A DNA stretch of 57,083 nucleotides, filler included, from Platydemus manokwari (taxonomy: Eukaryota): the NCBI GenBank assembly GCA_037951405.1. It is 5 parts of 5 records of this genome, joined end to end, with 100 filler letters (N's around TTAATTAATTAA, not from the genome) between each part and the next. Parts side by side here need not be neighbours in the genome. Positions count along the whole stretch, not along the records: positions 47,751 to 57,083 come from JBBMOY011263207.1; 4 more parts are not named here. One strand, 5' to 3'. The first letter of the stretch is position 1, and every line of letters starts with the position of its first letter. The translations under genes and the position numbers were made by a program. Positions 55,801 to 57,083 of this stretch are shown here, piece by piece. The notes below the pieces were generated by a model. That model saw nothing but the letters and a program-made list of their open reading frames with translations, searched no databases and was not told the DNA's origin.

Positions 55801-57005
55801 CTATATGATGCTAGCTCTACAAATAAGGAGAAACTTACAACAAGCTTCTCATTGATACATGGATAAAGAATGTCTTGCATTTGTCAGAAAATCAAGAATA
55901 AATTAATGCATAAAATATGAATGCAAATTTTCTGAACAACTCGACCTACAATAATTGACCCACATGTGAATAAAACCATACATATGTAGTCTTATATTTA
56001 GCTGCCTTGACTTTAATTTGTCTTCTCATATTCATGGTTAATCGTCTAAGATTCCTAGATATTTGGGTCTATTGTTGCCATGGTATGGAATGAGATATAA
56101 GGCTTATATGGCTCGATCAAATTTCGAAACCATAAATATTGTATCATATTTTCATATCAGTCTACTCCGTTTTCAGTTTATATATATTATTTGGTATTCG
56201 TATGTCTATGTTAATATAATTCCGTGGAATCGACACTGTTCACTTTTACCAGCTTAATTAAAAATGCTTTTATTATTTTGTTGTTTCTATTCTTATTCTT
56301 TCATTGTAACAAAACCAATTGTGAACCAAGGGAATTCTCTCGCTGGTTAAAACAACTTGAAACGATCAAACATTCTTTTAACTGGCACATGTACTTGCCG
56401 CCAATATCGAGATTCTATCGTTCATATTCGTCTGAGAACTATATAAAAATAGTTAGAACAACAAACATTGTTATCAAATGATCAGATATACCGCGACCTG
56501 CTTTTGATTTTCAGATTAAATTTATAATAATTTATTAATTATTGATCTGAAATACATTTATTGATTAATTCACATTTTCATCAATATTAAACCATAGAAT
56601 GAAATCCATGTTATCTCTAATTAGAAATTGAAACTAATCATAAAAATTTCGCTCCAATTCATATTCGGCTCACTCACAAATGCCCAAAGCTAATGCCAGT
56701 ACTTAATTAATAGCGAATTGGTAAGAAAAAACTTCAAATTTCAAGAAGGAAAATATGATCTAGTTATTTATCGTGTTTCAAATCATTCCAAATTGATAAA
56801 GATTATTTTTAATTATTCTTTGGAAATCCATGATGATGTCTTAAGGTTGTTCAATGGATTTTCGGTTTTATTCCAAATCTCGCCCAAAACCTTTCCGTAT
56901 ATTGACAAGTTAAAAACACCTTATAATCGCATTAAAAATCAATATGTTTTAATTGATGATGACTGTGAGAAAATTAAATTGAACTTTTGAAGGTTTAAAT
57001 TTTTA

Positions 57006-57070
57006 TTGAATTTGATTTTAAATTGAATTTGATTTTAAATTGAATTTGATTTTAAATTGAATTTAATTTT
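57006..57070. repeat. About 17-bp tandem repeat (TTGAATTTGATTTTAAA) x ~3.7
   Basis: Seen directly. Confidence 0.9.
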
Positions 57071-57083
57071 GCATGGAATTTAA

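Noticed and set aside
1-57083. CRISPR arrays, tRNA/rRNA genes, prokaryotic systems
   Set aside because: No repeat-spacer arrays or recognisable structural RNA genes seen; the sequence is clearly eukaryotic with spliceosomal introns

Overview
Very AT-rich eukaryotic (animal) genomic scaffold with tiny GT-AG introns (mostly 42-75 nt). By inference it is probably a free-living flatworm (planarian-like). Four 100-nt gaps carry an artificial TTAATTAATTAA linker. Six protein-coding genes are supported: cytoplasmic leucyl-tRNA synthetase (3 exons, +), an intronless orphan rhodopsin-type GPCR (+), an intronless SLC16 monocarboxylate transporter (-), an 8-exon SLC25A38-like mitochondrial glycine carrier (-, mostly missed by the ORF track), a 5'-partial Enhancer of zeste (EZH/PRC2) gene (-), and an intronless mevalonate kinase (-). 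The rest is rich in transposon debris: two hAT elements with perfect 8-bp TSDs, a mariner spanning a gap, a MITE present both in an EZH intron and just upstream of LARS, solo LTRs, and a decayed Gypsy pol. The most interesting structure is the 203-bp EZH to SLC25A38 spacer. It has a duplicated poly(A) module and an unpaired 3' splice acceptor 13 nt before the downstream ATG, the layout expected of an SL-trans-spliced dicistronic unit. All calls are by eye; no searches were run.
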